64,000 bases of DNA from Lysinibacillus sp. (GCA_051874135.1 JBJEFO010000128.1:807-64806), one strand, 5' to 3'; counted from the first letter of the stretch, positions 10,644-24,922 are shown. Notes: generated by a model not told the origin, from the letters alone. Numbers and translations: made by a program.

Positions 10644-10823
10644 TTAAATTTCTTTTACAGTAACTAAGTGAGCTACTTTTGTTAACATACCGCGAATAGC
10701 TGCGTTGTCAGCTTGTTCAACAGTTTGGTTAGTTTTGCGTAAGCCTAATGCTTCAACAACTTTACGTTGATTCGGTTTAGCACCGATCACAGATTTAGTA
10801 AGGGTGATTTGTAATTTAGCCAT
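10644..10823 (-). CDS. rpmD: 50S ribosomal protein L30; below the ORF-track cutoff
   Basis: Manual translation [59 protein letters not shown]. Confidence 0.99.
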   Translation of the reverse strand: MAKLQITLTKSVIGAKPNQRKVVEALGLRKTNQTVEQADNAAIRGMLTKVAHLVTVKEI

Positions 10824-10837
10824 TATAATTCCCCCCC

Positions 10838-11338
10838 TTATCCTAATAATTCTTCCACTGATTTACCGCGTAGTTTTGCAACGTCCTCTGCGCGTTTTAA
10901 TTCAGATAAACCTGCTACAGTTGCACGCACCATATTAATTGGTGTGTTTGAACCTAGAGATTTTGAAAGAATATCAGTAATACCAGCAAGTTCTAGTACA
11001 GCACGTACTGGACCACCAGCGATTACCCCTGTACCAGGAGCAGCAGGTTTGATTAAGATTGAACCTGCACCGAAGCGACCTTGCACTAAGTGTGGAGTAG
11101 TTCCACCCACGCGTGGTACTTCGATTAAGTTTTTCTTCGCGTCTTCAACAGCTTTGCGGATCGCATCTGGAACCTCTTGAGCTTTACCAGTACCGAAACC
11201 TACATGACCGTTTTTATCTCCAACAACAACTAGTGCTGTGAAGCGGAAGCGACGACCACCTTTAACAACTTTAGCAACACGGTTAATAGTAACTACGCGT
11301 TCTTCAAGTTCTAATTTGTTTGCGTCAATGCGACTCAT
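10838..11338 (-). CDS. rpsE: 30S ribosomal protein S5
   Basis: [22 protein letters not shown]. Confidence 0.99.
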   Translation of the reverse strand: MSRIDANKLELEERVVTINRVAKVVKGGRRFRFTALVVVGDKNGHVGFGTGKAQEVPDAIRKAVEDAKKNLIEVPRVGGTTPHLVQGRFGAGSILIKPAAPGTGVIAGGPVRAVLELAGITDILSKSLGSNTPINMVRATVAGLSELKRAEDVAKLRGKSVEELLG

Positions 11339-11359
11339 GAAGTATGTCCCTCCTTCTTA

Positions 11360-11719
11360 TTAAAATTCTAAGCCGTTTTCACGTGCAGCTTCAGCTAAAG
11401 CTTTCACACGTCCATGATATAAGTAACCACCACGGTCAAATACCACAGCAGTAATATTTTTTTCAACAGCGCGTTTAGCGATGATTTCACCGATTTTAGC
11501 AGCTGCTTCTACGTTTGAGCCAGCACCCTCGAAATCTTTTTCTTGAGTGTTAGCAGAAACTAAAGTTACGCCAGCCACGTCATCGATTAGTTGTGCATAA
11601 ATGTTCTTGTTTGAACGGAATACGTTTAAACGAGGACGTTGTGCAGTACCAGAAATCTTAGCGCGAACACGCCCATGACGTTTCTTACGAACTTGATTTT
11701 TATCTTGTTTCGTAATCAT
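11360..11719 (-). CDS. rplR: 50S ribosomal protein L18
   Basis: [29 protein letters not shown]. Confidence 0.98.
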   Translation of the reverse strand: MITKQDKNQVRKKRHGRVRAKISGTAQRPRLNVFRSNKNIYAQLIDDVAGVTLVSANTQEKDFEGAGSNVEAAAKIGEIIAKRAVEKNITAVVFDRGGYLYHGRVKALAEAARENGLEF

Positions 11720-11752
11720 AGAGGTCACTCCTTTCTAATGCTTTATGCAGCA

Positions 11753-12292
11753 TTATTTACCTGTTTTACCTTCTTTACGACGAACGAATTCGCCTTCGTA
11801 ACGGATACCTTTACCTTTGTATGGCTCTGGTGGACGAACGTCACGAATGTTAGATGCTAATGCACCAACACGCTCTTTTGAAATACCTTTAACGATGACT
11901 TTCGTGTTTGAAGGAACTTCGATCTCTAAGCCTTCTTCTGGTGTGAACTCTACTGGATGAGAGTAACCAACGTTCAATACAAGCTTTTTACCTTGTAATT
12001 GAGCACGGTAACCTACACCGATAAGTTCTAGAGCGCGAGAGAAACCTTCAGAAACACCAGTTACCATGTTAGCTAGTAACGCACGAGTTGTACCGTGGTT
12101 AGTACGGTGTTCTTTAGATTCAGAAGGACGAACAACAGTAATGATGTTGCCTTCTTGCTCGATTTTCATATCTTGATGGAATTGACGAGTTAATTCGCCT
12201 TTAGGACCTTTAACAGTAACTGTGTTGTCTTCAGCAACAGTCACAGTTACGCCAGCAGGTACCTCGATAAGTTTTTTACCTACGCGAGACAT
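11753..12292 (-). CDS. rplF: 50S ribosomal protein L6
   Basis: [13 protein letters not shown]. Confidence 0.99.
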   Translation of the reverse strand: MSRVGKKLIEVPAGVTVTVAEDNTVTVKGPKGELTRQFHQDMKIEQEGNIITVVRPSESKEHRTNHGTTRALLANMVTGVSEGFSRALELIGVGYRAQLQGKKLVLNVGYSHPVEFTPEEGLEIEVPSNTKVIVKGISKERVGALASNIRDVRPPEPYKGKGIRYEGEFVRRKEGKTGK

Positions 12293-12323
12293 TTAGTTGC
12301 ACCTCCATTCTTTTTGTTGCTAA

Positions 12324-12722
12324 TTACCAAACGTATGCTAAGATTTCTCCGCCAACTTTTTTAGCGCGAGCTTCTTTGTCAGTTAATAAACCGTTTGAAG
12401 TAGATACTAAAGCGATACCAAGACCGTTTAATACTTTAGGTACTTCGTCAGTTTTAGCGTATACGCGTAAACCTGGTTTAGAAATACGTTTTAGACCAGT
12501 GATAACACGCTCGTTATCTTTACCGTATTTTAAGAAGATACGGATGATACCTTGCTTGTTGTCCTCCACGTACTCTACGTCACGGATGAAACCTTCACGC
12601 TTTAAAATTTCAGCGATTTCTTTTTTAAGGTTAGAAGCTGGAACCTCTAACTTCTCGTGACGAACCATGTTCGCATTACGGATGCGAGTAAGCATATCTG
12701 CAATCGGATCAGTCATTGTCAT
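12324..12722 (-). CDS. rpsH: 30S ribosomal protein S8
   Basis: [22 protein letters not shown]. Confidence 0.99.
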   Translation of the reverse strand: MTMTDPIADMLTRIRNANMVRHEKLEVPASNLKKEIAEILKREGFIRDVEYVEDNKQGIIRIFLKYGKDNERVITGLKRISKPGLRVYAKTDEVPKVLNGLGIALVSTSNGLLTDKEARAKKVGGEILAYVW

Positions 12723-12752
12723 GAAAATTTACCTCCTTCCCAAATTAGGGGA

Positions 12753-12956
<204 letters not shown>

Positions 12957-12960
12957 TTAA

Positions 12961-13500
12961 TTACTTTTGGAACGGCATACCGAATTGTGTCAATAACTCG
13001 CGAGCTTCTTCATCAGAATTCGCAGTCGTTACGATCACGATGTCCATACCGCGTACTTTCGAAACTTTATCGTAATCGATTTCAGGGAAAATTAGTTGCT
13101 CTTTAACACCTAAAGTGTAGTTACCGCGACCGTCGAATGCTTTTTTAGAAACACCACGGAAGTCACGTACACGTGGAAGTGCGATAGAGATTAATTTGTC
13201 CAAGAATTCATACATACGCTCACCGCGTAATGTAACTTTAGCACCGATAGGCATACCTTCACGCAGACGGAAACCTGCGATCGATTTTTTAGCTTTTGTT
13301 ACAACTGGTTTTTGACCAGTGATGATTGTTAATTCTTCAACAGCTGCGTCTAATGCTTTTGAGTTTTGAACTGCGTCACCAACACCCATGTTGATTACAA
13401 TTTTCTCAACTTTTGGCAATTGCATAACTGATTTATATTCAAACTTGCTCATAAGAGCAGGAGAAACTTCATTTAAATATTTTTCTTTTAGGCGGCTCAT
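12961..13500 (-). CDS. rplE: 50S ribosomal protein L5
   Basis: [19 protein letters not shown]. Confidence 0.99.
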   Translation of the reverse strand: MSRLKEKYLNEVSPALMSKFEYKSVMQLPKVEKIVINMGVGDAVQNSKALDAAVEELTIITGQKPVVTKAKKSIAGFRLREGMPIGAKVTLRGERMYEFLDKLISIALPRVRDFRGVSKKAFDGRGNYTLGVKEQLIFPEIDYDKVSKVRGMDIVIVTTANSDEEARELLTQFGMPFQK

Positions 13501-13530
13501 GTAGTTTTACCTCCTTTCGCTATTTACTTA

Positions 13531-13839
13531 TTAGTCGATTACTACACCTGATTTTTTTGCAACACGAACTTTTTTGCCGTTTTCGATTTTGTAACCTACA
13601 CGAGTCGGCTCGCCAGATTTTGGATCGATTAGCATTACGTTCGAAACGTGGATTGCAGCTTCTTGAGATACAATACCACCTTGAGGGTTAAGTTGGTTAG
13701 GTTTAACGTGTTTCTTAACGATGTTTACACCTTCAACAAGAACGCGGTCTTGTTTTGGGTAAGCAGCTAAGATAACGCCCTCTTTACCTTTATCTTTACC
13801 AGTAATTACTTTTACTTTGTCGCCCTTTTTAACATGCAT
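13531..13839 (-). CDS. rplX: 50S ribosomal protein L24
   Basis: [24 protein letters not shown] motif. Confidence 0.98.
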   Translation of the reverse strand: MHVKKGDKVKVITGKDKGKEGVILAAYPKQDRVLVEGVNIVKKHVKPNQLNPQGGIVSQEAAIHVSNVMLIDPKSGEPTRVGYKIENGKKVRVAKKSGVVID

Positions 13840-13876
13840 TATGTGTCGCACCTCCTTGATTGGTACTGTCATGAAA

Positions 13877-14245
13877 TTAAAGAACTTCTGGAGCTAAAGA
13901 AACGATTTTCATGAAGTTGCTATCACGTAATTCACGTGCAACAGGTCCGAAAATACGAGTTCCGCGTGGAGACTTATCTTCTTTGATGATTACGCAAGCG
14001 TTCTCGTCAAATTTGATATAAGTACCGTCTTTACGGCGTACACCAGATTTAGTGCGAACGATAACAGCCTTAACAACGTCACCTTTCTTGACAACGCCAC
14101 CTGGTGTTGCTTTCTTAACTGTACATACGACGATATCGCCGATGTTAGCAGTCTTACGACCAGAACCACCAAGTACTTTAATTGTTAATACTTCACGTGC
14201 ACCTGAGTTGTCAGCAACTTTCATACGACTTTCTTGTTGGATCAC
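13877..14245 (-). CDS. rplN: 50S ribosomal protein L14
   Basis: [20 protein letters not shown]; GTG start. Confidence 0.99.
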   Translation of the reverse strand: MIQQESRMKVADNSGAREVLTIKVLGGSGRKTANIGDIVVCTVKKATPGGVVKKGDVVKAVIVRTKSGVRRKDGTYIKFDENACVIIKEDKSPRGTRIFGPVARELRDSNFMKIVSLAPEVL

Positions 14246-14298
14246 TTAGGTTACCTCCCTTCGGAATTTGGTTACTTCCGAAATATCCGAAATAGTTA

Positions 14299-14562
14299 TT
14301 AGATAATAACCGCTTTTTCTACAACTTCCACTACGCGGAAACGTTTAGTAGCTGATAGCGGGCGAGTTTCCATGATACGTACAATATCACCGATTTTCGC
14401 TGTGTTTAACTCATCATGAGCTTTGAACTTTTTAGAGTACTTTACACGCTTACCGTATAATTTGTGTTTCTTATAAGTTTCAACAAGAACAGTAACTGTT
14501 TTGTCCATTTTGTCAGAAACAACACGGCCAGTGTATACTTTGCGTTGGTTACGCTCAGTCAT
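14299..14562 (-). CDS. rpsQ: 30S ribosomal protein S17
   Basis: [22 protein letters not shown]. Confidence 0.99.
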   Translation of the reverse strand: MTERNQRKVYTGRVVSDKMDKTVTVLVETYKKHKLYGKRVKYSKKFKAHDELNTAKIGDIVRIMETRPLSATKRFRVVEVVEKAVII

Positions 14563-14586
14563 GCCTGAAAACCTCCTTTATCAGTT

Positions 14587-15208
<622 letters not shown>

Positions 15209-15210
15209 AA

Positions 15211-15864
15211 TTATTTGCCTCCTTCCACAGACTTCTTAGTAGGAAGGACTTCACCACGATAGATCCATACTTTAACACCTAATTTACCATAAGTAGTGTC
15301 AGCTTCTGCATGAGCATAGTCGATGTCAGCACGAAGAGTATGAAGTGGAACAGTTCCTTCGCTATAGTGTTCAGCACGCGCGATATCAGCGCCACCTAAA
15401 CGACCAGATACTTGTGTTTTAATACCTTTTGCACCAGCGCGCATTGTGCGTTGGATTGCTTGTTTTTGAGCACGGCGGAATGATACGCGGTTCTCAAGTT
15501 GACGAGCGATATTTTCAGCTACTAAACGAGCGTCTAAATCAGCTTTCTTAATTTCAACGATGTTGATGTGTACACGCTTGCCAGTTAAATCAGATAAGTA
15601 TTTACGTAAGTTTTCAACTTCCGTACCGCCTTTACCGATTACCATACCTGGTTTCGCAGTGTGAATTGTAATGTTTACGCGATTTGCAGCGCGTTCGATT
15701 TCAACTTTAGATACAGATGCATCTTTAAGTGAAGTCTCGATATATTTACGAACTTTGATATCTTCGTGTAAAAGATCAGCGTAGTCTTTTTCAGCGTACC
15801 ACTTTGACTCCCAGTCACGAATAATACCAACGCGTAGTCCTATTGGATGTACTTTTTGACCCAC
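15211..15864 (-). CDS. rpsC: 30S ribosomal protein S3
   Basis: [20 protein letters not shown]. Confidence 0.99.
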   Translation of the reverse strand: MGQKVHPIGLRVGIIRDWESKWYAEKDYADLLHEDIKVRKYIETSLKDASVSKVEIERAANRVNITIHTAKPGMVIGKGGTEVENLRKYLSDLTGKRVHINIVEIKKADLDARLVAENIARQLENRVSFRRAQKQAIQRTMRAGAKGIKTQVSGRLGGADIARAEHYSEGTVPLHTLRADIDYAHAEADTTYGKLGVKVWIYRGEVLPTKKSVEGGK

Positions 15865-15867
15865 GGA

Positions 15868-16212
15868 TTAACCCTCCTTCTTCTCAGATACCACTACAGT
15901 AATGTGGCTTGTGCGTTTATTAATTGCGCTTGCACGTCCTTGCGCACGTGGACGGAAACGTTTTAATGTTGGACCTTCGTCAACAAAAACTTCAGAAACA
16001 ACTAGGTTGTTAATGTCTAACTCATAGTTGTGCTCAGCGTTAGCAACTGCAGATTTTAATACTTTCTCAACGACTGGAGACGCCGCTTTTGGAGTATGAC
16101 GTAAAATTGCAACTGCTTCACCAACTTGCTTACCTCGGATTAAGTCTACAACTAGACGTACTTTACGAGGAGCGATACGAACTGTACGAGCGATAGCTTT
16201 AGCTTGTGTCAT
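15868..16212 (-). CDS. rplV: 50S ribosomal protein L22
   Basis: [19 protein letters not shown]. Confidence 0.99.
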   Translation of the reverse strand: MTQAKAIARTVRIAPRKVRLVVDLIRGKQVGEAVAILRHTPKAASPVVEKVLKSAVANAEHNYELDINNLVVSEVFVDEGPTLKRFRPRAQGRASAINKRTSHITVVVSEKKEG

Positions 16213-16234
16213 TAGGATTTACCTCCTCTCAAAA

Positions 16235-16513
16235 TTAGCGTCGTGTTTTCTTGTCATCTGCACCGTGACCTTTATAAGTACGTGTCGGTGCGAACTCACC
16301 TAGTTTGTGACCTACCATATCTTCTGTCACGTATACAGGAACATGTTTACGTCCGTCGTATACAGCGATCGTTAAACCGATGAAGTTCGGGAAGATAGTA
16401 GAACGGCGAGACCAAGTTTTGATAACTTGTTTTTTCTCAGAAGCCTCTTGTGCTTCCACTTTTTTCATTAAGTGGTCATCTACAAAAGGTCCTTTCTTTA
16501 AGCTGCGACCCAT
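16235..16513 (-). CDS. rpsS: 30S ribosomal protein S19
   Basis: [21 protein letters not shown]. Confidence 0.99.
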   Translation of the reverse strand: MGRSLKKGPFVDDHLMKKVEAQEASEKKQVIKTWSRRSTIFPNFIGLTIAVYDGRKHVPVYVTEDMVGHKLGEFAPTRTYKGHGADDKKTRR

Positions 16514-16573
16514 TTAGGAACCTCCCTCCGTGATTCCACCACGGCTCTCGAATAGAACCGTAGTTCAATCACA

Positions 16574-17404
16574 TTATTTTTTACGTCCGCGAATAATAAA
16601 CTTAGAAGTTTTATTTTTCTTTTTACGTGTTTTATAACCAAGAGCTGGTTTGCCCCATGGTGTCATTGGAGATTTACGTCCGATTGGAGAACGTCCTTCA
16701 CCACCACCGTGTGGGTGATCGTTAGGGTTCATTACAGAACCACGTACAGTTGGGCGTTTACCTAACCAACGAGAACGACCTGCTTTACCGATGTTGATAA
16801 GTTCGTGTTGCTCGTTACCAACTTGACCGATTGTAGCACGGCAAGTAGCTAAGATTAAGCGAACTTCACCAGATTGTAGACGTACGATTACATACTTGCC
16901 TTCACGACCAAGAACTTGAGCAGAAGTACCAGCAGAACGTACTAATTGTCCACCTTTACCAGGTTTCATTTCGATGTTATGGATAGTAGTACCCATTGGA
17001 ATGTTTGCTAATGGTAATGCGTTACCTACTTTAATATCTGCCTCTGGACCTGAAAGGATTGTTTGACCTACTTCAAGACCTTTTGGAGCTAAGATATAAC
17101 GCTTTTCACCGTCAGCGTAGTTAATTAATGCGATATTCGCAGAGCGGTTTGGATCATATTCGATAGTAGCAACGCGTCCTGGAATGCCGTCTTTAAGACG
17201 TTTGAAGTCGATTACGCGGTATTGCTTCTTATGACCACCACCATGATGACGAACAGTAATTTTACCTTGGTTGTTACGACCAGCTTTGCGTTTAGTTGGC
17301 TCTAATAAAGACTTTTCAGGTTTATTAGTAGTGATTTCCGCAAAGTCAGATGACGTCATGTTACGACGACCATTTGAGGTTGGTTTGTACTTTTTAATCG
17401 CCAT
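16574..17404 (-). CDS. rplB: 50S ribosomal protein L2
   Basis: [13 protein letters not shown]. Confidence 0.99.
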   Translation of the reverse strand: MAIKKYKPTSNGRRNMTSSDFAEITTNKPEKSLLEPTKRKAGRNNQGKITVRHHGGGHKKQYRVIDFKRLKDGIPGRVATIEYDPNRSANIALINYADGEKRYILAPKGLEVGQTILSGPEADIKVGNALPLANIPMGTTIHNIEMKPGKGGQLVRSAGTSAQVLGREGKYVIVRLQSGEVRLILATCRATIGQVGNEQHELINIGKAGRSRWLGKRPTVRGSVMNPNDHPHGGGEGRSPIGRKSPMTPWGKPALGYKTRKKKNKTSKFIIRGRKK

Positions 17405-17448
17405 GTGTTTTCCCTCCTTCTATATTGTTCAATTAAATCCCTGTAGGA

Positions 17449-17733
17449 TTAGATTTCGAATAATTCGATTTCTTTTGAATCAGCAGTTAATTTAACAATC
17501 GCTTTACGACGTTTGTTAGTGTAACCACCAAATTTACCAACGCGTTTGAATTTACCTTTGTAGTTCATGATGTTAACTTTCTCAACTTTAACACCAAAGA
17601 TTTCTTCTACAGCGTCTTTAACTTGAGTTTTGTTAGCGCGAGTGTCTACTTCGAAAGTATACTTTTTCTCTGCCATAATTTCAGAAGAACGCTCAGTAAT
17701 GACCGGACGTTTGATGATATCACGTGCTTCCAT
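17449..17733 (-). CDS. rplW: 50S ribosomal protein L23
   Basis: [15 protein letters not shown]. Confidence 0.99.
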   Translation of the reverse strand: MEARDIIKRPVITERSSEIMAEKKYTFEVDTRANKTQVKDAVEEIFGVKVEKVNIMNYKGKFKRVGKFGGYTNKRRKAIVKLTADSKEIELFEI

Positions 17734-18356
17734 TATCCAAGCACCTCCTCAACTTTATTTACTGCATCTTTAGTGAATACAACTTTTTCATGACCTAATA
17801 AGTCAAGAACGTTGATTCCTGTTGCAGTTAGAACAGTAACACCAGGGATGTTACGTGCAGATAATGCTACGTTTTCGTTAAGCTCAGCTGTTACGAAAAG
17901 AGCTTTTTTGTTGATTTCTAATGCTTTTAAGATAGCAGCGAAATCTTTAGTTTTTGGTGCATCTAAGTTTAATGCATCAAGCACTACGAAGTTTTGTTCT
18001 AACACTTTAGCTGATAAAGCTGATTTAAGAGCTAAGCGACGAACTTTCTTCGGTAATTTGTAAGAGTAGCTACGTGGAGTTGGACCGAATACGATACCAC
18101 CACCGCGCCATTGTGGAGAGCGGATCGAACCTTGACGAGCACGACCAGTTCCTTTTTGACGCCATGGCTTACGACCACCACCAGCAACTTCAGAACGGTT
18201 TTTTACTTTGTGATTACCTTGACGTAGTGAAGCGCGTTGAGCGATTACAGCGTCGAATAATACTGCTTCGTTTGGCTCGATTCCGAAGATCGCATCGTTT
18301 AATTCGATTTCGCCAACTGAAGCACCTGTTTGACTAAGTACAGATACCTTTGTCAT
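17733..18356 (-). CDS. rplD: 50S ribosomal protein L4
   Basis: [15 protein letters not shown]. Confidence 0.99.
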   Translation of the reverse strand: MTKVSVLSQTGASVGEIELNDAIFGIEPNEAVLFDAVIAQRASLRQGNHKVKNRSEVAGGGRKPWRQKGTGRARQGSIRSPQWRGGGIVFGPTPRSYSYKLPKKVRRLALKSALSAKVLEQNFVVLDALNLDAPKTKDFAAILKALEINKKALFVTAELNENVALSARNIPGVTVLTATGINVLDLLGHEKVVFTKDAVNKVEEVLG

Positions 18357-18381
18357 TCCTGTGTCCTCCTTTCTTCAGAGA

Positions 18382-19011
18382 TTATTTAGATTTTACTGCA
18401 GTTTTCACTGCAACAAGAGCTTTTTTAGAACCAGGAACATTACCTTTAACTAATAGTAAGTTGCGTTCTGCATCAACCTTAACGATTTCAAGGTTTTGAA
18501 TAGTAACAACATTACCACCCATTTGACCAGGTAATTTCTTTTGTTTGAATACGCGGTTCGGAGCAACTGGACCCATTGAACCAGGACGACGGTGGTAACG
18601 AGAACCGTGGGCCATAGGACCACGAGATTGTCCGTGGCGTTTGATAACACCTTGGAAACCTTTACCTTTAGTAACGCCTGTTACATCAACTACATCGCCT
18701 TCTGCGAAAATTTCTACTTTGACTTCTTGACCAACTTCGTACTCTTCCACGTTTGCGTTGCGGAACTCACGAATGAAGCGCTTAGGAGCAGTACCTGCTT
18801 TAGCTACATGACCTTGTTCAGGTTTGTTAGAAAGCTTAACGCGCTTATCTTCGAAACCAACTTGGATAGCTTCATAACCGTCAGTTTCAACAGTTTTCTT
18901 TTGAAGAACTACGTTTGGAGTAGCTTCGATTACTGTTACTGGGATTAAGTCGCCATTTTCAGCGAAAACTTGAGTCATGCCAATTTTTCTACCTAAGATT
19001 CCTTTAGCCAT
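18382..19011 (-). CDS. rplC: 50S ribosomal protein L3
   Basis: [23 protein letters not shown]. Confidence 0.99.
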   Translation of the reverse strand: MAKGILGRKIGMTQVFAENGDLIPVTVIEATPNVVLQKKTVETDGYEAIQVGFEDKRVKLSNKPEQGHVAKAGTAPKRFIREFRNANVEEYEVGQEVKVEIFAEGDVVDVTGVTKGKGFQGVIKRHGQSRGPMAHGSRYHRRPGSMGPVAPNRVFKQKKLPGQMGGNVVTIQNLEIVKVDAERNLLLVKGNVPGSKKALVAVKTAVKSK

Positions 19012-19058
19012 TCGTCACACCTCCTATAAGTTTTAAAAAGTTATATTTGTTTTTACCA

Positions 19059-19490
<432 letters not shown>

Positions 19491-19495
19491 TCAAC

Positions 19496-19524
19496 ATTAT
19501 ATACAATAAAAAAAGAATAAGCAA
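19496..19524 (-). promoter_or_regulatory. S10 operon proximal sigma-A promoter
   Basis: TTGCTT-17 nt-TATAAT. Confidence 0.7.
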
Positions 19525-19603
19525 GTGTTTTAGCAAAATTCTTTTTCTTGAAGTCTATAATGTTTTATCTTTATATACATTCGCTCTTTTTGAGCCGTTA
19601 CCT

Positions 19604-19632
19604 AGTATATAAGAGTATTTAATTGAAAGCAA
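19604..19632 (-). promoter_or_regulatory. S10 operon distal sigma-A promoter
   Basis: TTGCTT-17 nt-TATACT; tandem promoters are known for the B. subtilis S10 operon. Confidence 0.6.
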
Positions 19633-19700
19633 CAAAAAAGGCTGCAAATTAATGTAGATAAAATATTCAGAATAATGGTTTGAGCTTTTATAATCATTTA

Positions 19701-19731
19701 AAAAAGGCTTGTCCTACTTTGAGGACAGCCT
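19701..19731 (-). terminator. Amino-acid ABC operon terminator
   Basis: aaggc(t)tgtcct-actttg-aggacagcct stem plus an A-run on the plus strand. Confidence 0.7.
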
Positions 19732-19735
19732 TCAT

Positions 19736-20482
19736 TTACTTTAATGTCTTTTGTAAAAATGCTTTCGTACGTTCATGTTGCGGATTACCGAACACTTCAT
19801 CAGGTGTTCCTGATTCAACGATTTCGCCACCGTCCATAAAGATGACCTTGTTTGCTACTTCACGCGCAAAACCCATTTCATGTGTTACAACAATCATCGT
19901 CATATGCTCTTCAGCCAAATCCTTCATTACCTTCAACACTTCACCCGTTACTTCCGGGTCCAGTGCCGATGTTGGTTCATCAAATAATAAGATATCTGGA
20001 TTCATCATTAATGCACGTGCAATAGCAACTCGTTGTTTTTGCCCACCAGAAAGACTTGCTGGATATACATCTGCCTTTTCAGCTAAACCTACTTTTAATA
20101 ATAAGTCATTCGCACGAGCTGTAATTTGTGATACAGGCTCTGTCTTTAAAAGCTTTGGTGAAATTTCTAAATTACCTCGTACAGTTAAATGAGGGAATAA
20201 GTTAAAGTGCTGAAACACCATACCCATTTTTGATGTAATTTTTTTTATATCTTGTGCTTTTGGATACACACCGTCTTTCACTAAATAGCTATCGCCGATT
20301 TTCACCGAGCCCCCGTTAATTTCCTCCAGATGCACTAAACCTCGAAGCATCGTACTTTTCCCTGAGCCTGAAGGACCAATGACAGCAATAACATCATTTT
20401 TTTCTACATTAAATGTAATATTTTTTAGAACTTCTAATGCACCGTACGATTTTTTTAAATTTGTAATTTCAATTAATGCCAT
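19736..20482 (-). CDS. Polar amino-acid ABC transporter ATP-binding protein (GlnQ/ArtP family)
   Basis: [41 protein letters not shown]. Confidence 0.95.
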   Translation of the reverse strand: MALIEITNLKKSYGALEVLKNITFNVEKNDVIAVIGPSGSGKSTMLRGLVHLEEINGGSVKIGDSYLVKDGVYPKAQDIKKITSKMGMVFQHFNLFPHLTVRGNLEISPKLLKTEPVSQITARANDLLLKVGLAEKADVYPASLSGGQKQRVAIARALMMNPDILLFDEPTSALDPEVTGEVLKVMKDLAEEHMTMIVVTHEMGFAREVANKVIFMDGGEIVESGTPDEVFGNPQHERTKAFLQKTLK

Positions 20483-20493
20483 AGTGCCCCTCC

Positions 20494-21147
20494 TTACTCA
20501 AACTTAAAGCGTCTTTCAAGAAACTTAAAGAATGCTGTTAAGATCAATGTGATTAATAAATAAATAACCCCCGCTACTAAAAACGGTACAATGGTGAAGT
20601 CACGATTAACGACCGTTTGTGCATAGTGCAACAATTCTGGTACTGCTACTGCATATAACAGCGCTGTATCCTTTACAAGTGTGACAGACTCATTGGATAT
20701 TGCCGGTAATGCCACACGGAACATTTGCGGAAGAATAATACGTGTTGTTGTTTGAAATTTATTTAGCCCTAATACTTGAGCAGCCTCGTATTGCCCTTTA
20801 TCAATCGCGAGTAAGCCCCCACGGAAGATTTCCGAAAAATAGGCTGCATAGTTTAAAATAAAGCCTATACAAGCCGCTGTGAATCGATCTAGCACTAAGT
20901 ACTCCCCGATGACCGGAATCATCGGTAAACCGAAGCAGATAAATAATAATTGTAGTAACAGCGGTGTACCACGCATGATATAAATGTAAGCTTGCGCTAA
21001 CCAAGATAGTGGTTTAAATTTACTCTTTACAGCCAATGTCAGTAAAAATCCTAAAGGAATGGACGCGGCAATTGCAATAACGAACAATAGAATCGTCATT
21101 TTCGCCCCTTCTAACATCGGCTTTAACATAGATAGTAAATAATCCAT
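20494..21147 (-). CDS. Polar amino-acid ABC transporter permease (HisM/GlnP family)
   Basis: [26 protein letters not shown] loop, LVKDTAL. Confidence 0.95.
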   Translation of the reverse strand: MDYLLSMLKPMLEGAKMTILLFVIAIAASIPLGFLLTLAVKSKFKPLSWLAQAYIYIMRGTPLLLQLLFICFGLPMIPVIGEYLVLDRFTAACIGFILNYAAYFSEIFRGGLLAIDKGQYEAAQVLGLNKFQTTTRIILPQMFRVALPAISNESVTLVKDTALLYAVAVPELLHYAQTVVNRDFTIVPFLVAGVIYLLITLILTAFFKFLERRFKFE

Positions 21148-21160
21148 ATTAAGTCCTCCT

Positions 21161-21197
21161 AAAAAAGTAAGAGTCTCCTCGCTCGGAAACTCTTACT
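21161..21197 (-). terminator. Intercistronic terminator-like or stabilising hairpin after the binding-protein gene
   Basis: Minus strand agtaagagtttcc-gagcga-ggagactcttact then a T-run, directly before the permease SD. Confidence 0.6.
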
Positions 21198-21216
21198 CGT
21201 CATACTTTTAAAATCA

Positions 21217-22011
21217 TTAATTTAAAACTTTATTTTCTCCGAACCATTTCTCAGAGATTTCCGCAGCTTTGCCATTTTCATTTAATGTATCAAGTGCTTT
21301 TTGTAATTTTTCTAGTAATTCTTCGTTACCCTTTTTCACACCAACACCGTATTCTTCAGGTGCTAATGCTTCTTCGATAATCTTAAATGTACCGCCTTCA
21401 AGCGTGTTGTAGTAGTTCGCTACGATTTCATCGATTACGACTGCGTCTGTACGCTTAGTTTTTAAATCAGTTAAAGCTAATACGTTATCACCGTACTCAG
21501 CTAAGTCAGCGATTTTTTCGCTTACTTCATTGCTATTTAATGCATCTAAAGCTGATGATAAAGCTTGTACACCAACGTTTTTACCTTCTAAGTCTGCAAT
21601 AGCATTAATATCTGAATCTGCTAACGTCATAATAACTTGAGAGTTTGCTAAGTATGGCTTAGTAAATAATACTTTTTCTTTACGCTCATCTGTAATTGTG
21701 TAGCCATTCCAAATTAAATCGATACGACCTGAGTTTAATTCAGTTTCTTTTGTTTTCCAGTCGATTGGTTGGAATTTTACTTCCACACCCATTTCTTCTG
21801 CAGCTGCACGTGCATAGTCAATGTCAAAGCCAACGATGTCGTTGTTTTCATCGCGGAAGCCCATTGGTGCAAATTTATCATCAATACCGATAATGATTGT
21901 TTCTTTTGATTCGCCGTCTGTGTTCCCTGTATCCGTTGATTCATCAGAACCACAAGCAACTAGTACAACAGATAGCATCGCTAATAAAAATAATGGTAGA
22001 AATTTTTTCAT
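21217..22011 (-). CDS. Polar amino-acid ABC transporter substrate-binding lipoprotein (family 3)
   Basis: Lipobox LVAC, GIDDKFAPMGF, GFDID, LIWNG. Confidence 0.95.
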   Translation of the reverse strand: MKKFLPLFLLAMLSVVLVACGSDESTDTGNTDGESKETIIIGIDDKFAPMGFRDENNDIVGFDIDYARAAAEEMGVEVKFQPIDWKTKETELNSGRIDLIWNGYTITDERKEKVLFTKPYLANSQVIMTLADSDINAIADLEGKNVGVQALSSALDALNSNEVSEKIADLAEYGDNVLALTDLKTKRTDAVVIDEIVANYYNTLEGGTFKIIEEALAPEEYGVGVKKGNEELLEKLQKALDTLNENGKAAEISEKWFGENKVLN

Positions 22012-22150
22012 AGTCTATTCTCCTATTTTTATGTATTTTTAGATAACACTTTTACTTGCTAAATTACTGATGTGTAAAAATTATCACTTACTTATTATTT
22101 TGTCAATATAACATATTAGATACGGAATATTCAGATTAATTAAACGAGAC

Positions 22151-22176
22151 AAAAAAGGATGCCCATTGGACACCCC
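22151..22176 (-). terminator. Terminator of the BceAB-like operon
   Basis: Minus strand gggtgtcc-aat-gggcatcc then tttttt. Confidence 0.6.
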
Positions 22177-22185
22177 TTCTCTTTA

Positions 22186-24171
22186 CTATAATGCTTGTTT
22201 AATTACTTTTTTATAATATTGAATAGATAGTGTAGCAAAAACCGCATACATCAAGATGTATAAGCTCATCGTAATAATCATCGGTGCTAATAGCTCTGAG
22301 CCAAACAGGAACCACCCCGACTTAACAGCAAAATAGCTGTGCAATAAACCAATGACAAGCGGTACACCGAAGTTAAATAACTGCTTTAAATAAATACCTT
22401 TCAATAAATCACGCTCTGAGAAGCCAATTTTTCTTAGAATGGTATAAGAAGATTTTTCTTGATCTGCCTCGGACATTTGCTTGAAGTATAAAATGCTACC
22501 TGTTGCTAACAAAAACGCTAACCCAAGGAATGCCGTCGTGAAAATAGTTGTGCCCATCATTAAAATCTTATTAGTACGTGCTTGCTCATACGTCCGTTGA
22601 TTAAATGTTGTTTCCACAACGCTACCATCACTATCAATATAAGAATCGAACATAATTTTACTCATGCCCATTTCATCATATAGCGCTGTTGCTGTCTCAA
22701 CATACGCTTCATCTAGCTCTACTAAATATTGCTTATTTAATCCAATACTTTGTTGCATTGGAAGCTCTTTAAACACTTCATCTGCTACAACTAAAATTGG
22801 GCTACCTCCGCCACTTAATGCGCCCCCAGCAATCATCTCTTTCTTTACATCTTTAATGTTGAATTCATATGTTTGATTTTCTGTCCAAAAGCTTGCTGTT
22901 ATACCCGCTTCAATTGGAAGAAGCTCTGCGAAAACACTCACATAATTCATAATCATTGCTTCATTTTGCGCCAAATGATATTCAGGGTACATTTGCTGAA
23001 CTTCTGATAGTTTTAATACTGGTACAAAGCTTTCCTCGTTTTCAAATGGTGTATCTGTAATATCTGCCGCTACCAAATCTGCAAAATTAAACGACAGTTC
23101 TTTAATATCAAAAGCATGCATTTCGTAAGGGATTTGTTTTTCGTCTAATGCTGCCAAAAATCCTTCCCCTTTTTCATCATAAACAACTAAATCCGTCGGC
23201 GAAGTAATTCGTGCTTGTGTATCAGTTGAATAATACGCAATATAAGAAAGTGTCGTAATCGCTAACGATACAGCTGTCAAAACGGTAATTAATGTTAGTG
23301 ATTTCGCATTCCCTTTCATACGATGCATAATCGGTGTAACAGCCACTACATCATATAAATTTAAATGTCCCTTCTTCCCTAAACGGATTGTATTCATTAA
23401 AAAAGCAACTGAAAAACGGAACACTAAAAATGTGCCACCAATCGTTGTCGCTAAAATAATGACCATGTTTATTAATAAGAGTTCTACGTTATCCATCGTA
23501 AACAAGATTGAACTTTTATAGTAGCCATATATAATGAGCACAAGGCCAAATGCACCAATGATCATTTGAATCCAGCTAAAGCGCTTTACGCGTTCATCTG
23601 CTTGCTTAGCTGCATTAAATAACGATAATAATGATGTACGATGAATTAAAAACGCTGTCTGCATTAAAATAATGACTAATAAAATACCGAACACTATAGC
23701 TGTTGACTGTAACGCCTCTATGCTAAACGTCATCGACACAACGACGTCTTGATCCAACACTTTTAATAAAATCATCGCAAAAAGACGAGAGCTTACAAAG
23801 CCTACAACCATTCCAATAACGACTGCCCCAACGAATAAAATAATATTCTCTAGTGCAATTAATCGAACAATCAACCACTTTGTCATTCCAATCAGTTGAT
23901 ATAGCCCGATTTCTTTACTACGGCGCTTCATAAATAAATGGTTTGCGTACAGTACAAAGAACAAAACGATAAAATATAGTAAATACGTCGCTGCCCCGAA
24001 GCCCGCCGTTGCCGTTCCACTTTCTTCTGTTGCTTGTAGCACCGTCGGATTATGCTGTAACGTAATAAATGAAAAGTATAGTGTTACACTAAAAATTAAT
24101 GCGAAGAAATATAAATAGTAATGCTTAATGTTTTTCTTCATACTACGCAGTACGAGTTGGCTAAGCGTCAT
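22186..24171 (-). CDS. BceB-type (FtsX-like) peptide-antibiotic resistance ABC permease
   Basis: About 10 TM segments with a large extracellular loop; [29 protein letters not shown]; start set to MTLSQL. Confidence 0.92.
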   Translation of the reverse strand: MTLSQLVLRSMKKNIKHYYLYFFALIFSVTLYFSFITLQHNPTVLQATEESGTATAGFGAATYLLYFIVLFFVLYANHLFMKRRSKEIGLYQLIGMTKWLIVRLIALENIILFVGAVVIGMVVGFVSSRLFAMILLKVLDQDVVVSMTFSIEALQSTAIVFGILLVIILMQTAFLIHRTSLLSLFNAAKQADERVKRFSWIQMIIGAFGLVLIIYGYYKSSILFTMDNVELLLINMVIILATTIGGTFLVFRFSVAFLMNTIRLGKKGHLNLYDVVAVTPIMHRMKGNAKSLTLITVLTAVSLAITTLSYIAYYSTDTQARITSPTDLVVYDEKGEGFLAALDEKQIPYEMHAFDIKELSFNFADLVAADITDTPFENEESFVPVLKLSEVQQMYPEYHLAQNEAMIMNYVSVFAELLPIEAGITASFWTENQTYEFNIKDVKKEMIAGGALSGGGSPILVVADEVFKELPMQQSIGLNKQYLVELDEAYVETATALYDEMGMSKIMFDSYIDSDGSVVETTFNQRTYEQARTNKILMMGTTIFTTAFLGLAFLLATGSILYFKQMSEADQEKSSYTILRKIGFSERDLLKGIYLKQLFNFGVPLVIGLLHSYFAVKSGWFLFGSELLAPMIITMSLYILMYAVFATLSIQYYKKVIKQAL

Positions 24172-24922
24172 AGCCATCACCACCTAGCACACTTTGCGTA
24201 TTTAATATTTGTTGGAAAAATTCATTACGTGACTTCTCTCCTTTATAAAGCTCCGTATAAATTTGTCCGTCCTTTAAAAACAACACACGACTACAAAAGC
24301 TTGCTGCAACCGCATCATGTGTAACCATCATAATTGTTGCTTGTTTTTCCTGATTAATATGAGATAAATTCGAAAGCAATGCCGTTGCTGATTTTGAATC
24401 AAGTGCTCCCGTCGGCTCATCTGCAAAGACCATTGACGGATTTGTAATAAGCGCGCGCGCTGCGGATGTACGTTGTTTCTGCCCACCAGAAATTTCATTT
24501 GGATATTTCGAAATGATATCATCAATCCCTAAAATCTTTACAATCTCCTTAAATCGCGCTTCCACTGCTGCTTTTGGCATTTTACTAATCGATAGCGGCA
24601 ATAATATATTTTCTTTTACTGTTAATGTATCTAACAAGTTATAGTCTTGAAATATGAACCCTAGCTCTTTGCGACGGAAATTAGCTAACGCTCGTTCCTT
24701 CATCCCTTGTAGCTTCTGCCCGTTAATTTCAACGAAGCCTTCTGATACTTTATCGATAGAGCAAAGGACATTTAAAAGTGTCGTTTTCCCTGAGCCAGAT
24801 GGTCCCATAATACCTACGAACTCACCTTTTTCTACTTCTAAATCGATGCCCTTTAATACTTCTTGTTGTAGATTACGTTTACCGTATGTTTTCTTCACTT
24901 TTCTAGCCACTAAAATATTCAT
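24161..24922 (-). CDS. BceA-type ABC ATPase
   Basis: [42 protein letters not shown]. Confidence 0.93.
   Translation of the reverse strand: MNILVARKVKKTYGKRNLQQEVLKGIDLEVEKGEFVGIMGPSGSGKTTLLNVLCSIDKVSEGFVEINGQKLQGMKERALANFRRKELGFIFQDYNLLDTLTVKENILLPLSISKMPKAAVEARFKEIVKILGIDDIISKYPNEISGGQKQRTSAARALITNPSMVFADEPTGALDSKSATALLSNLSHINQEKQATIMMVTHDAVAASFCSRVLFLKDGQIYTELYKGEKSRNEFFQQILNTQSVLGGDGYDA

Noticed and set aside
10644-10823. Possible frameshift in rpmD, since it is absent from the ORF track
   Set aside because: Manual translation is intact (59 aa); it is simply below the 60-aa cutoff, as are rpmJ and rpmG
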